Below, piece by piece: positions 38,392 to 54,210 of a stretch of 64,000 nucleotides of DNA. How positions within the stretch are numbered: position 1 is the stretch's first letter; each line of letters opens with the position of its first letter. The stretch covers positions 2,269,730-2,333,729 of the forward strand of contig NW_003314267.1 of NCBI RefSeq assembly GCF_000143415.4. Direction: 5' to 3'. Source of the DNA: Selaginella moellendorffii. Lineage: Eukaryota; Plantae; Lycopodiophyta. The notes under the pieces were generated by a model, which was given only the letters and a program-made list of their open reading frames with translations, had not been told where the DNA came from and made no database searches. A program made the position numbers and the translations under genes.

Positions 38392-38730
38392 GTTATTCCA
38401 TGTGAGGCAATTAGTCATCTACCCATACCGCAATCCCACAGTGGATATAGCTATTCTATATGAGGCAACTAGTCATCCACCTGTACCGCAGTCTATTATA
38501 TAGACTAGTTATTCCATGTGAGGCAACTAATCATCCACCCATACCGCAGTCCCACAGTGGATATAGCTATTTTATGTGAGGCAACTAATTATCCACCCAT
38601 ACCGTAGTCCCACAATGGATACCTTCATCCATAGATACTCCACACGTACTACAGTCCATTGTATAGACTAGCTATTCCATGTGAGGCAACTAATCATCCA
38701 CCCATACCGCAATCCATAGATACTCCACAC
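38392..38730. repeat. ~58-bp tandem repeat, 5 imperfect copies, next to an LTR primer-binding site
   Basis: Unit gctattccatgtgaggcaactaatcatccacccataccgcagtcccacagtggatata. Confidence 0.9.
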
Positions 38731-38822
38731 AAGAGGAAGGACATACGCATGGATGCCCAATACGTAAGGTATATTATATTTTTAAGTAGCCACTAATCAA
38801 TGGAAATCAAACCCATGCCATT

Positions 38823-39000
38823 TGCTCTGATACCACATGCAGCACACTTTATCTCTCTCCCCTTAATCCAACTGAAAAAGGGGTAATTATTTAATGAGAG
38901 AGCCTTTAATAGCTATTTTATCCCTATTTATCCCCCCAAAGTTCCAAGGATCCACGGTGATAATATATCTAAATCTCATCCTATAATCACATGCGTTACA
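38823..39000 (-). mobile_element. LTR retrotransposon 5' end: tRNA-iMet PBS plus short putative LTR
   Basis: Minus-strand TGGTATCAGAGCA at 38835-38823, 2 nt after a CA terminus; the segment 39000-38838 reads TGTAACGC...GCTGCA. Confidence 0.65.
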
Positions 39001-41100
39001 CATATGCATCAAAATCAAATAAGAATGAAGAGTCCAGGTAATAAATGGTGAAAATCAAATGTGGCAAATTCTCTTCAAAAGGAAGTTCTTTCAAGAGTTA
39101 GGGGAAGAGAGTATTTTTTGGAGTGATGATGATGATGATATACTACAATTTATGGGAAGTGGCCATATTTGAAGAACTAGTGAGTATGATGACATGGGGA
39201 ATGTGTAGTTAAAAATAATGAACAATGAGTCTTACAAAGTTAAAGGATAATGAAGATCCAGTTGAGGGTTGGAGCAAAGGAGGGCTCAAATGAGTTGGTG
39301 GGGTGTAGTTTTGGTCTTTTCTTTAAGCATTGTAAGTGTTTTTACTTTATGGACCTCTTATGCCACTATATTAAAGTTATGTTTTGATATTTAGAGTATG
39401 ACATAGAGATGTATGGATATTTCTTAAAAGTTGTGGAAGGAATTTACACTGAAGGATAACAAGGATCTAGAGGAAATCAGCAAGAAAGTCAGCTATAAAA
39501 AAGAGGGCAACAATAAGGAAGGGTTAGGTTATGTCTCATAATGTAGTTGGGCTTGTCAATTAGGGATAGAATTGCCTTTGGAAAGTTGAGCTTGCATTAG
39601 ATGAGAGATCTAATTTCTGGATTAGAAGTTAAACCTCTATATACTTGCTTGTTGAGCTTGTAATGTGTCTATTAAGGTTGTGTCTTTAAGGTTAGAGCAA
39701 TTAACAGTGTTTAAAAGCATTTAAAGGAGTGAACTTTAAAGTGTTTTAAAGAGTTTTAATTATAGCCTATAAGCAATTTCATAAAGTAATCTTTATTTTC
39801 TTTTCTTTGAATCATATGCAATAGAATCTACATGGCAATCCTAATCTCAATTCTAGTAGAGACCCTACTTGCAAATCCAATTGAATTTTGTGAGCTAAGA
39901 ATATAATTCCATCTTTCCTTGGTTGGGGTAAGTTTTTAGTAAATAAAGTTTCTTAAATTTTTGTGTGAGGAAACTTTTGTCTAGGAGTTATGAACATTTG
40001 CAACATACTTAAAGAACTATATGGTGGTAGATTTAATAAGGTTTAGACTCTATTTATCTTGTTAGCAGCCTTGCTATCATCTACTTGCTACTGGGTATCT
40101 CTACTTGAAATTTTGAACATACATTTGAGATAGATATAATTTAAATTCAACTAGTTATGCTCTTGCTGTTCTCTTCTCTAATCTTATGAAATCACACACA
40201 TTCTTCCTCTCTCCTCAAGCAACTTAATACCCCATTGATAGAGTGACAACCTCTCTTTATCCTTTCCAGCAATATTTGAGCTCAAATGAATTCCTTAAAT
40301 TAGTAAGGAGTTCAATAGTTTTGAGGGTGAGTTTGAAGTTTTATATGATATAAAGTGTTCTTAAATCTATCATCTAATTCTCTTTCATCTGCTTTTTCCT
40401 CTTTCTAGAATATTTGTTTTGTCTTAGACTGAGCCACCTTCTTATCACATTATTTCTTCATAATTTCTAGTATTCTCTTTTACTAACACATTAATCAGTT
40501 CTGACTCTCATTCTTTATCTAGCTTTTGTTCCTCCTTTTCCAAGGTTTCTTTTATTCTTCCACATTGTTTCTTCCTTTATTTTCTTGATTTCTCCTTGTT
40601 ACTTCCTCACCCAATATCACCCAATACATATGTCCTCAACGATAAGTCCTCAATAACCTAGTATACATCCACTAACCTGTCTATTTTGGTGAATTTGTCA
40701 ATGAGCATTATGTAAGTTATCACCATTGGAGCACACCCACTTCCAAACCATATCTTCAAGTAGCCTCTCAGCCTCATCATGTTGGAAACCTTGCAAAACC
40801 TGTTATAGGTCACCACCACATCCAAAGAGAAAAAAGTACTTGGAAAGTCTGCTGGCAAATGCCCAACTTAGTGAAAGTGTCTTACAGGGAAATATATTTT
40901 TGGCATAAAAGATGATCTCACGAATCTTTTTTGTTCAAGAGAACATCTTTCCTTCCAAATCTGTGATTAACGGCAAAGCATCCACACTTCTTCTCTATCA
41001 TCTTCTCATAGCCTCTTTCATCTAAATTTGTGAGTCCAAGAAGTACAACAGTGTTTTAGCTAGAAGTGTTTATAATATCACGAATCATTAATGATAGAAA
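39001..41100. mobile_element. Highly degenerate, CpG-depleted transposon-like DNA
   Basis: AT-rich, almost no CG dinucleotides, no long ORFs, adjacent to the PBS/LTR; family not identifiable. Confidence 0.35.
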
Positions 41101-41192
41101 TCACAATGTACCCCAATTTTGATTTTGTAAGCATGCTTAGGTTTTAGACCAGAGGAGCCCTAAAATGTGGTAGGGCGCGGTGATTTGCGACG

Positions 41193-44417
<3,225 letters not shown>

Positions 44418-44636
44418 AATTCAATCTTACTGTTGAATTTCGATCGTCTGTTCTGCAGAATGATATATATATATTCTTTATAAGTTTTGCATCGCGAATA
44501 CTGTACATAGAGGTCATTGCCTATGTAAATTAAAGCGACGGGAGGTAACAGTTTTCTGGGAATCACTTGGTTTCTTCAGTAAGCTTTGTTTCATGGTGGC
44601 TTTTTTGTTTCTAATCCGGTGGCCAGAAAGTTCCAA

Positions 44637-47042
44637 ATGTGTTATTTACAGCAGCAGCATTCTAGCAGCATCTCGACGTTGCTAGCCGCACTGAAGCAAT
44701 CGACACAGGCCAGAGATCTTACTGCCGGGAAACTCATTCATGCGCTAGCCATCAACACCGGCCGGGACTCAAACATCTATGTCGCAAACTCGCTCGTCAA
44801 CATGTATGCCAAGTGTGCCTCATTGCTGGAAGCCCAAAGACTTTTTGAGAGGATGGCACAACGCAGCACAGCCTCGTGGAACACCATGCTACTGGCATTT
44901 GCCGACAACGGGCATTTTGATCGGGTTTTTGAGCTCTTCACACTGATGCAGCTCGAGGGCTGTGACGTAAACTCCCGGACTTTGGTGGCATGCCTCAAGG
45001 CCAAGTCGAGCTCGCGCTCTCGGGATTGTTTAGCATGGACAGGAATGGAAATTCACTCGAGAGCTTTGGAGCTGGGCCTGGAGCTCAACTTGTTCGTGGC
45101 GGCGGCATTGGTTGAGATGTATTCTAGATCTGGGAGCATGGACAGCGCATTCAGAGTTTTTGAGAACATCAAAAATCGCTGCGAAGTTGGCTCTTGGAAC
45201 GTTTTGATGCTCGGGTATGTCGAGAGTGGTGATGGAGAGTTTGCACTTGAACTTTTTCACTGGATGCTGCAGGTTGCGCGTGTTCCAAACGCACAAACTT
45301 TCATAGCAGCGCTCAAAGCCTGTGTGAGAGTCTCGGAGCAACAGGAAGATCATCTCGATCGTGGAAGAAAGTTTTTGCTCTTGGAGAAAGTTATGGCTCT
45401 TCACAGCGAGGCAGTGAAACTGGGACTCGATTCCAACGTTCTCCTGACCAACACCCTCGTGGATTCGTACGGGAAGAGTGGAAGTTTGGAGGATGCCAAT
45501 AAAGTTTTTCACGAGGCTCCCTGCGATCAGACTCTGGTGTCTTGGAACGCTTTGATACTGAGCTATGCGGACAATGGGAAAGGAAGAAGAGCTCTCGAGC
45601 TCTTCTCGAGCATGCCGTTCGAGCCGAGCACACGGACTTTCGTCGCAGCAGTGAGAGCTTGCACGACCATCGCGACCGAAAACTCCGACAAAGGCAACAT
45701 AGATTTCACGGCAACATCGAAAGTGTTGGAGCTCGGGATGGCTGTTCACTCTCGGGCTGTGATACTCGGCCTCGACTTGGACGTGTTCGTCGCAACCAGC
45801 TTCATCGACATGTACTCCAAGCTCGGAAGCATGGCAGACTCGCAGCGAGCTTTCGACCGGGCCAGCTCTCGCAGCCCCGTTTCTTGGAACGCGCTCATTC
45901 TCGGCTACGCGGAAAACGGCGATGCGGAGAAGAGTTTTGAGCTCTTCTCGGCGATGCAGCAGGATGGAGAGGTTTCACCCGATGCTCACACTTTAGTTGC
46001 CGTGCTGAAGGCTTGCTCCAAGCTCGCAGCAAAAGAGAAGCCCCGGCAAGTCGATGGAAAGGTGGTGAAGATGGTGAACTTGGAGAGATGCTTGGCGATC
46101 CACTCTCAAGCTGGGGAGCTTGCTCTTGGCCGATACGTGACGAACACACTGGTGGCCTGCTACGCCAAATGCGGAAGTATGGTCGACGCCGAGCGGGTTT
46201 TCTGGAAGAGAAAGGAGCACATTTCTCAGGTTTCCTGGACAGTGATGATGCTGGGATACGTCGAGAATCACGAAAGTGAGAAAGCATTGCTGCTGTTTGA
46301 GACGATCAAAGCCTTCGAGGATCTCCAGAGGCAGAGGATAACTTCTCTCCTCCTCGCGGCTCTCAAGGCCTGCTCGAGCTTGGCGGATCTGCGAGCCACC
46401 AAGTCGATCCAAGCTCAAGTTTTTAGACGCGCTACCATCGACGACGACGACGACGATCACGATCACGGCGACGCAGCAAGCAACACCGTCGTGAGCTCTC
46501 TCATCCACGCCTTTGGAGAGTGTAGCAGCATGATCGACGCCCAGCTCGTCTTTGATTCATTCCAGCCTCCGAAGCTCGACGTCGTCTCCTGGAACTCACT
46601 CATGGCTGGATTCTCTCGACAGGGAAACTCCAAGATGGTCTTCCAGATCTTCCGCGCTCTTCAGGACGAGCAGCGTTTCCATCCCGACGGTGCCACCTTT
46701 CTCAGCCTTCTCACGGCTTGCAACCACGCCGGTCTCGTCCTCCATTGCAAGAGATACTTCCATGCCATGGAGGAGTTTGGAGTGATCCCAGGGATCGAGC
46801 ACTACCACTGCGTGGTGGATCTTCTCGCGCGAGCAAACGAGATGGAGCAAGCGGTGGCGGTGCTGGAAAGCATGCCTATGAGAGCTACTGTGGTGACTTG
46901 GAGGAGTCTCCTCGCGGCTTGTCTCAAGTGGAAGAATGTGGCGGTCGGAGAGTTTGCGTTTCAATCGCTTATGGAAGCATCGCAAGGAAATGATCCGGCT
47001 GGCTATGCTTTCGTGACAAGCTTGTATAGAAGCTGTTCATAG
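44637..47042 (+). CDS. PLS-class pentatricopeptide repeat protein with truncated E domain, intronless
   Basis: Repeated VANSLVNMYAKC / SWNALILGYA / TFVAALKAC triplets; EHYHCVVDLLAR; WRSLLAAC; no DYW domain. Confidence 0.92.
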   Translation: MCYLQQQHSSSISTLLAALKQSTQARDLTAGKLIHALAINTGRDSNIYVANSLVNMYAKCASLLEAQRLFERMAQRSTASWNTMLLAFADNGHFDRVFELFTLMQLEGCDVNSRTLVACLKAKSSSRSRDCLAWTGMEIHSRALELGLELNLFVAAALVEMYSRSGSMDSAFRVFENIKNRCEVGSWNVLMLGYVESGDGEFALELFHWMLQVARVPNAQTFIAALKACVRVSEQQEDHLDRGRKFLLLEKVMALHSEAVKLGLDSNVLLTNTLVDSYGKSGSLEDANKVFHEAPCDQTLVSWNALILSYADNGKGRRALELFSSMPFEPSTRTFVAAVRACTTIATENSDKGNIDFTATSKVLELGMAVHSRAVILGLDLDVFVATSFIDMYSKLGSMADSQRAFDRASSRSPVSWNALILGYAENGDAEKSFELFSAMQQDGEVSPDAHTLVAVLKACSKLAAKEKPRQVDGKVVKMVNLERCLAIHSQAGELALGRYVTNTLVACYAKCGSMVDAERVFWKRKEHISQVSWTVMMLGYVENHESEKALLLFETIKAFEDLQRQRITSLLLAALKACSSLADLRATKSIQAQVFRRATIDDDDDDHDHGDAASNTVVSSLIHAFGECSSMIDAQLVFDSFQPPKLDVVSWNSLMAGFSRQGNSKMVFQIFRALQDEQRFHPDGATFLSLLTACNHAGLVLHCKRYFHAMEEFGVIPGIEHYHCVVDLLARANEMEQAVAVLESMPMRATVVTWRSLLAACLKWKNVAVGEFAFQSLMEASQGNDPAGYAFVTSLYRSCS

Positions 47043-48509
47043 CAAAAGAATTTATATCATTCTTATTATTTTGGCTTATTAACCACAGTTCTTCGGATTG
47101 CTTTTTTTGCATTGAGAGTGATACATAAAGTGCCAGGGGGATTAACTTTCCCCAATATCCCTTTTCCAGTCCCCACCAAGTCCCCTTTTGTCCATGGCCG
47201 TGTTCACCAACACTGCCATTGGATCAAGGCCTCCAAACCCGACCACTAAGTCCTTTGGTCCATTGGGGTTACTTCTTCACATGACTGTATCCTTGGTCTT
47301 TACATTAGAGGATGGCTTGTCCTCCTTTTCACAGTCTGGGATTTTGGGGCAACATTTCGGAACACCATGGTTTTACGCGAGCCTCATGGGTACGAGAATG
47401 GGTTCTTGCTGGGTGATTCTTTGCTGGCTAGGTTTCTTGAAGATTCTGGTATGGTAACTGGTTTTCTTGGTTTTTTTTTTAGTTTTTATTTAAAACAATA
47501 AATTAAAATTTTCGTATTCATAAAAAATACTGAAATGATATTCTAATGTGTTTGGATATTCTACTCTAAATACCAAGAATATTCCTCCCTTTTTATAAAA
47601 TAACTATTGAGCGTGACTGATTTATTACTATGATTATATGACACTAGTTTTTCAATAGTAATATTAACATTATACATCCCTTCCCAAAGCTCGTTAATGA
47701 TGCAAACATAAGAAGATAATTGCTGACCATTGGCCAAATGCCCACTATTAACGTACAGTGACCAGTGAATCACACAAGAGTTTAAAACACATATCAAATG
47801 TTAAGAATGCCCCTTTTGAGCACATCCGAGAGTGCCTTCACCTCCCATCACAACACTCCTAAACCAGGAGGTGGCAACCTGTGGTTTAGCAAACAATTCC
47901 TACCCATTAAAACGAATGATAATAAAATCTGGATCATTATAAAAGCAACAAAGCTGATTTACTTAACAGCAAACCAAAAGAGATTATAAATAAGCTTATA
48001 GCGACGCGCGACCTGTAAAACGCTCAATTCTACCCTCTAGAGCAAACACAAATCAAAAGCGAAACGGCAATCAGAACCGAGCTAAGATAGGAAATTTGAA
48101 GTGACAAACTGAGCTAACGAAGGAATGGATCGCCCAAGACACTCCCCAGGCAACGTTGAGGCTACCGGAAGAAGCCAAGCGTGCTCGACACCTTTTTCTT
48201 CGGCCTGCTTCTAGCAACAAAGAAACTGAAGGGAAAATGCTAGAGAAGGAAGACCATCTTTAATCTTCCATAAAGAGTTTTCAAAATGTGGTCCAGTCCG
48301 CAGTTGAAGGCCTCATGAATTCTGATTTTCGCTCCAGCAAAAGTCTGTCAAAGTGTTTATAAGATGGAGTGTTCACCCCCATGTCTCGTGGGGCGTTGTG
48401 AAATGCTATAAACCTTTGGTCTGTTGCCTATATGCTTCAACGAGTCTAAGAATGTCCCCTCATCCCCTGGACTTGCTGCAAATGCAAATGCCGCAAGTGT
48501 TCCAGATGG

Positions 48510-48585
48510 GGATGCAGGCCGCCGAATGTTTGGCAACATCGACTGGAGAACTTTGGGAGCCACCACACCTGTGAAAGATCGCAAA
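48510..48585 (+). pseudogene. Papain-like cysteine protease fragment (mature N-terminus)
   Basis: NIDWRTLGATTPVKD. Confidence 0.65.
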
Positions 48586-48692
48586 GTAAGTCTTGGACCT
48601 CAACTTCAATCTTGTTTTCTCACCTTATCTTTATGAATCTGGTAGCTGGGCTTTAGCACGCAAAGTTTGAAATCAACGAAATAAATCTGAAG

Positions 48693-48929
48693 CTAAATCC
48701 TCCTGGAGCACGGAACTGGGGCTGATGGCGGTGGTCGAGGAGAGGGTGGTGGCGGAGATGGCAGTCGCGGTAATGGAGATGGTGGTACCTTTTCTTTGAC
48801 AGGAAAGTAGACGAAGCCATTCAATCCACATCGACCCAGTGGGAGGTCATGGTTTCCATGCTGCAGCCTCATGTAGCCTTGCTCTCCCCAGCTTGTCTCC
48901 GCCGAGTTTTTGATAGTCCAATAGTCCAT
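48693..48929 (-). pseudogene. Papain-like cysteine protease fragment (C-terminus + Pro-rich linker, RD21-like)
   Basis: DYWTIKNS..TSWGEQGYMRL...GRCGL...FPVK followed by a PPSP-rich tract. Confidence 0.8.
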
Positions 48930-49703
48930 GGCCCTCCCAGGTCCAGGCCCATGGTTTATACATCGATTTTGAAGATTTTATTTCGTTCTCTTGTTATGTG
49001 AGTATTATGCATGGTAAACACTAAAAAAAAATGGAGATGGGGGGTATCGATCCTCTTACCTAATCGTCGTACCTACATCCCCTTGCTTTGACAAATAATA
49101 TTAGATTAGTGTAATCAAGGATAGTAGGAAACTTTTCTACGGCTGGTGGAACAAATGTATTGCTTCTGGACTTTAAACATGTCCATATTTTGATTTCGGT
49201 ATGGTCACTGGTAAGTATTGAGCCTTCCCTTCCACATTCTGGTCCCATGACTAAATTCCCAAACAGTTTAAAAGAAATGGATTATGATAACGATTCGAAT
49301 TGTATGGTTCACCTTGAGCCAAAAAGTCTCATTCTTTTAGCACTTGATCATTTAGTCTTGGTGCTCTAGTTGCAAAGAGGAAGTTCCATCAACTCCGGCT
49401 CCTAGGGTTGATTTTGTGTTTGCTGCTGGTGTGAAATTGGAATTGGAGGCAGTTGTATACATCATTTACCAATACCACCATGACTCAATTCTACATCTCC
49501 TCCCAGCTAGAAAGAATCCATCCTTTAGTCTTCTGCTTGCTGAGTGACCTTTAGAGTATGTTTATTTCATTAAAAACATTTTGTTAAAAAAAGAAAGGTT
49601 AAGATTATAAACATTCAAATGATACTTATAACATGTGTAAAAATATATTAACTGATAAACACGTCAAAATAACCAATAAAAACATTATTTTAGAGTCGTC
49701 TAC

Positions 49704-52192
49704 TTATCGTCCATTTGTCAGAGAACCAACGGTGTCTTCTGAGTAGTCCATAGAAGGATCTAAACCTATGGAGAAAGAAGAATTTGGAGATGATGGCTCA
49801 GGAAATTGTACAGTATCCTCCATCATTTGCACCACTTTCCCCATTGATGGCCTTGCATGTGCATCGTGCTGAATGCACCACAATGCAACTTTAAGCAGCC
49901 TCTTGAATTGCACGAAATCCACTTCCTCCCCAACAAGCTTCTTGTCAACAATGCTTTCCATATCTCCAGCCTGATACATGTTGTAAGCCCAGTCCGAGAG
50001 ACACCATCGGCTGTTTTCTGAGTTTATGGCAGATATCGTCATGATGTACTTCTCTCTGCCACTTATAATCTCGAGCAAAACCATTCCAAAACTGTAGACA
50101 TCCACTTTGGTTGTGATTGGAAGGTTGCTGATCCACTCAGGCGCAAGGTATCCTCTGGTTCCACGAACAGTTGTGACACTCAATGCCCTCTCCCGTTTCA
50201 TTAGCTTGGCCAAACCAAAATCCGCTACCTTTGGACAGAAGCTCTCGTCAAGCAGGATGTTTTGAGGCTTGATATCACAGTGGAGAATGCATTCCTGACA
50301 TTCATCATGAAGGTATGTTATCCCTCTTGCAATCCCCAAAGCAATGCTGAATCGGCTGGCCCAGCTGCAAAAGTGCTTTGCATCATCCAAAAAAAGTAAC
50401 TTCTCTAGTGAACCATTAGGCATGTACTCATAAACCAGGAGCTTTCGATTGTCCTCATAGCAATACCCCAACAGCCGGACGAGGTTGATGTGGTGAATCT
50501 TGCCGAGGGTCTCCACTTCAGTTTGGAATTGTTTATCAGCTTGCATGGCCATTTGCAGTTCCTTGACTGCAACAAGGGTGCCATTTAGAAGCCGCCCCTT
50601 GTAGACCGTCCCAAATCCTCCCGATCCAAGCTTGTCACAGAAGTTGTCTGTGAAAGTTTGCAGCTGCTGATACGTGAACCTTGCAGGCCCACTGCTGAAA
50701 TCGAGATCCATCATGTTGTTACGTGCTCTAGCGCTTATGGTCCAGCAGAGCCCCACAACCAAGAGGAACACCACCAACACAAGTGTTGTAATGAATAGAG
50801 CAACTCGAGGAGCGTCTCTGAAAAATGGCCGATGGATCACCAGCCACTGGAAACCAGGAACGACAGTGGCATTTGCATTTGTCACGTATATGTTTGCATC
50901 TGGACTTTGTCCTGGATCTTTGGCAGAAAGCTTCAAGAAGAAAACGTTGTCCACGTCCAGGGACTGCTTGCCATTGAATAAACCCGAGGGATCTAAACCC
51001 TTGAGCCAGCATATTCCAGCGCCAGCCATTTGGAAAGCAGCTCCGAGACACTCGCACTCCCTAAGGCATCTTTGGATACAATCCTCCTGGGATGACGGAG
51101 TTGGCAGCGGGTCACTATTGTAGTCATTGTATTTGAAGTCCGTGCGTACAAGTTGGATCAGTTTGAAGTTTCTTGGATCTGTTGAGTTTTGGCCTGTGGG
51201 ACACTTGGCCAATGGAGTGTTGTAAGCACAATCCTGTGATGAATCGGACGCATTTGTGGGGTGAAATCCCAGAGGACAGGTGCAAGTTGCAGTCGGCCGG
51301 TACGTGCAAATCCCGAATCGCCCACATTTCCCAAAGATGTTGCACTCGAGAAGAACAGCTTGCCAAGTTATGATCCATCTTTTGTTAATCTCATCAAGAG
51401 TGTAGATTCTCAAGTTGCCATCATCGTCCACGGTCAGCCTCCGGGTTAGACCAACTTTAGGATAATCAAGCGCATACCTCTGTGCTGTGTCATATACTTT
51501 GACAGGGTTTTTCCAGGAGCTGCCGCTCCCATCAAAGAAACTAGTGCTGAAGTTGAGACGAGGACTGACTACAGAATTGGCAGAATTGGATTGATTTTCA
51601 TTCTCAATCCTCCAGTATGGTTCAAGCCAATATCCCTGGTAATAGAATGCAACTTTACTCCCATCCATCTGAAGGAAATATTTTCGGTTATTGGAGACAA
51701 GCTGGGTGATTCCAATGAGCTGCTGATCAGGAAGAATGGTGTCCGTGGGGCGGTCAAATGACTGCCAAGCAGGCACTCCGTTGCTTGCTAGCAGCTCTAA
51801 GTTGCCATTCTCCTGAAGTAAAGCTTTTGTAACTGAGAGAGTTGTTGTAGAAGTTCCCCAGACAATTCCAGCAGCGTTGGAAGTGAGAATCAGCCGACCA
51901 TCGGTCTGGAAAGCGAGCTGGTCGCCTTTGATAAGCCCGATTGGAGAACCTCCAGTGTCATTGGACATTGCGCTCCAGATGACTGTGTTGGGCATTTTGG
52001 TGTACCATATTGAGAAACTATAGAGGGAACGAGATGCCTAAAGCCTGCACAAAAGGTGGCCTTGAGAGATGTAATCCATGGTTGGAGGTCTTCGCCTCTC
52101 ACAATTGTGGTTGTTCCAGGACTTCCACCATCAGCTGCCACGAGAGTTAAAATGAAAGAACACAACATGAGAATCCTAAAATAGAGAAACAT
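49704..52192 (-). pseudogene. G-type lectin S-domain receptor-like kinase (SD-2, non-RD), intronless, with one frameshift near the N-terminus
   Basis: Signal peptide frame from ATG 52192 shifts at ~52038 into a 763-codon ORF with B-lectin (WQSFDRPTDT), EGF, PAN, TM and kinase (GSGGFG, HCDIKPQN, DFG, GTRGYLAPE). Confidence 0.85.
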
Positions 52193-52699
52193 CAAGAGCA
52201 ATTGCTATTTACTAAATGAACTGGGAGACACCAAAGTGAAATGCCTGCATTGTTTTTATAGCTGAAAGTTTTCTTCCCTGAAAGCTAAAAGTCATTCATT
52301 AGCTGGTCTCACCCGGATTATTTTGAGTCAGTCGTAGCCACTTGTGTATCCAGAAGTCTTTCAGGGAAAGACTTGAAAAGTCGTAGTCTAGCATTAATGT
52401 TTGTAAAAGGACCCAGCATACATTAGTTTAGTCTAAAGCATCCTTTTATATTTAAAAGAGTAAGGGTGAGATTTTTTTCCTTTGTGTATGAAAGACACGT
52501 AAAAAATGGTTACAATGGTTAACAAAAAATAGTTAAGGAAGCGAGTGCATTGGTGCCCATTGGGAATTTGCTCTTTTGCTGGAAGCATTTATGGATTCTA
52601 TGTTAGAGATTGCTAGGTCTCATTGTTTTACCATCTTAATATATGAATTATTGCTCACTAGAATCAGTTTTATCATGTGCAATTGACTTGTAAGGTTAG

Positions 52700-53250
52700 A
52701 CTCTTCTATTTTTATTATTTTTCTCAAATAAGCATAGATGGCACAAGAAAGCAGTGATGGCAAATGGTGGGTGCAAGGGCTCTTAGAAGGTGAGTATACA
52801 GGTTTGAGCATCAAGGAGAGGTTATGTGGATTGGATGTTGTCAGATGAAACATTCACACATGTGAGAACTTGTTCCTTCTTTTTGTCTATTCTCACAATC
52901 TTTCCATTCCAGGAGCTAAGTATTACCTTCTCAAGCTGAGGATAAGACTGATAATTATGTGAAGATTAACCTGTGGGAATGCAAACCTCAAGTGGTAAGA
53001 AATTCATTCCGTGCTATTGTAGCTCTTAATGTTAATCTGCAGAACTGACATTTTCCAATGTTTGAGGAATACAATCACTTGCAATGTGAAAAGGAAGAAG
53101 AGAAGCGACGGATGTGGGTAAGCATTTGCTTTCCTATAGTTACACCTATGCGAAAAAAATCGTTTTCTGGCTGGCAAGATCACAAGCGCATCCAGGAGCA
53201 ACTAATCACTAAGCAAGAAGCTACATCCAAGTCCTATCAAGCCTAACAAC
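52700..53250 (+). pseudogene. Fragment of a homeobox-DDT RLT1/RLT2-like gene (WHIM1 region)
   Basis: ESSDGKWWVQGLLEGEYTGLSIKERL resembles RLT WVQGL.EG.Y..LSVEERL; downstream EEKRRMW..DHKRIQEQ. Confidence 0.55.
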
Positions 53251-54210
53251 AAAAAGACTGCGGGTCTAGGCACAAGGCAAACAGTGCCGCCAGCGGCAAC
53301 ATACCGGCCAACGGCCGTCTATCCATGGGAGGAGGAGAAAGAGCCGGACATGCAACACCAGCTCCAAAGCTCGAGGATAACAACACAGGGGGTCTGTCAG
53401 TGAGATCGCTTCTGCCACCCCCGATTATTGCCTACAGGTGCCTATCTTCTGAGCTTCCAGCCGACCAGAAGCCATTGACGCCATGTGTCACAGCAGCAGG
53501 CTTCCACGAGAATCATCAACTCCGCAGACAGCTTTGCCAGTCCAGTGAAGTCGACTTCTTTATCTCTAGATGTCAAGCACAACAACACTAGCATCGTGAA
53601 TAACAGTGCAAATAGTTACACTAGCAAGATAATAGCAGCACCACTTTATACAAAAACTGCGAGCTGCAAAAGAGGAGGTCACTCCAGTCGCCTATAAGCA
53701 GGCCGATCAAGGGAAGTTTTCCTTTTAAGTATTGTCAGTGCCTCTAGGTCTTTCATATGCATGGAAATTGGTGTGCTCTACACTCTTCCCTCGCAACAGT
53801 GACCCATAGAGATCTATACTTCCAAGAGCCTCTGTCAGCTTCCACTTGTTGCTAGACTTCAGTGCTAGCATACAATCCAGTCCTGTAGCCTGGTAGTGTA
53901 ATGTTACTGGTACTCTGTTGTATACATTGGAACCACATTCTAACTCTTATATATAATAACAGTAAATAGTATATATTAAGATAGTACTGATTTCATACAT
54001 TTACACAATACGATAAAATGAATTTTAATATTTATGCAAGAACCACGGCCTGCAGGTTCTGTAATATATGTGAGTGCACACCTTGGGGAAGAGTTTCAGG
54101 AGCTACATATTCATAGGTATTGGGCTCTTCTACACACATAGATGGAGACCCTCCAAGTCCAAGTCATACTGCAGCCTTTGGAGGTCTGAGATTGCTCTCT
54201 CTGCTCTACA

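Noticed and set aside
38392-38730. Repeat array resembling a CRISPR array
   Set aside because: Units are contiguous with no unique spacers, there are no cas genes, and the context is a eukaryotic LTR remnant
47130-47460. GC-richer coding-like segment downstream of the first PPR gene
   Set aside because: No recognisable motif in any frame examined; cannot be supported as a gene
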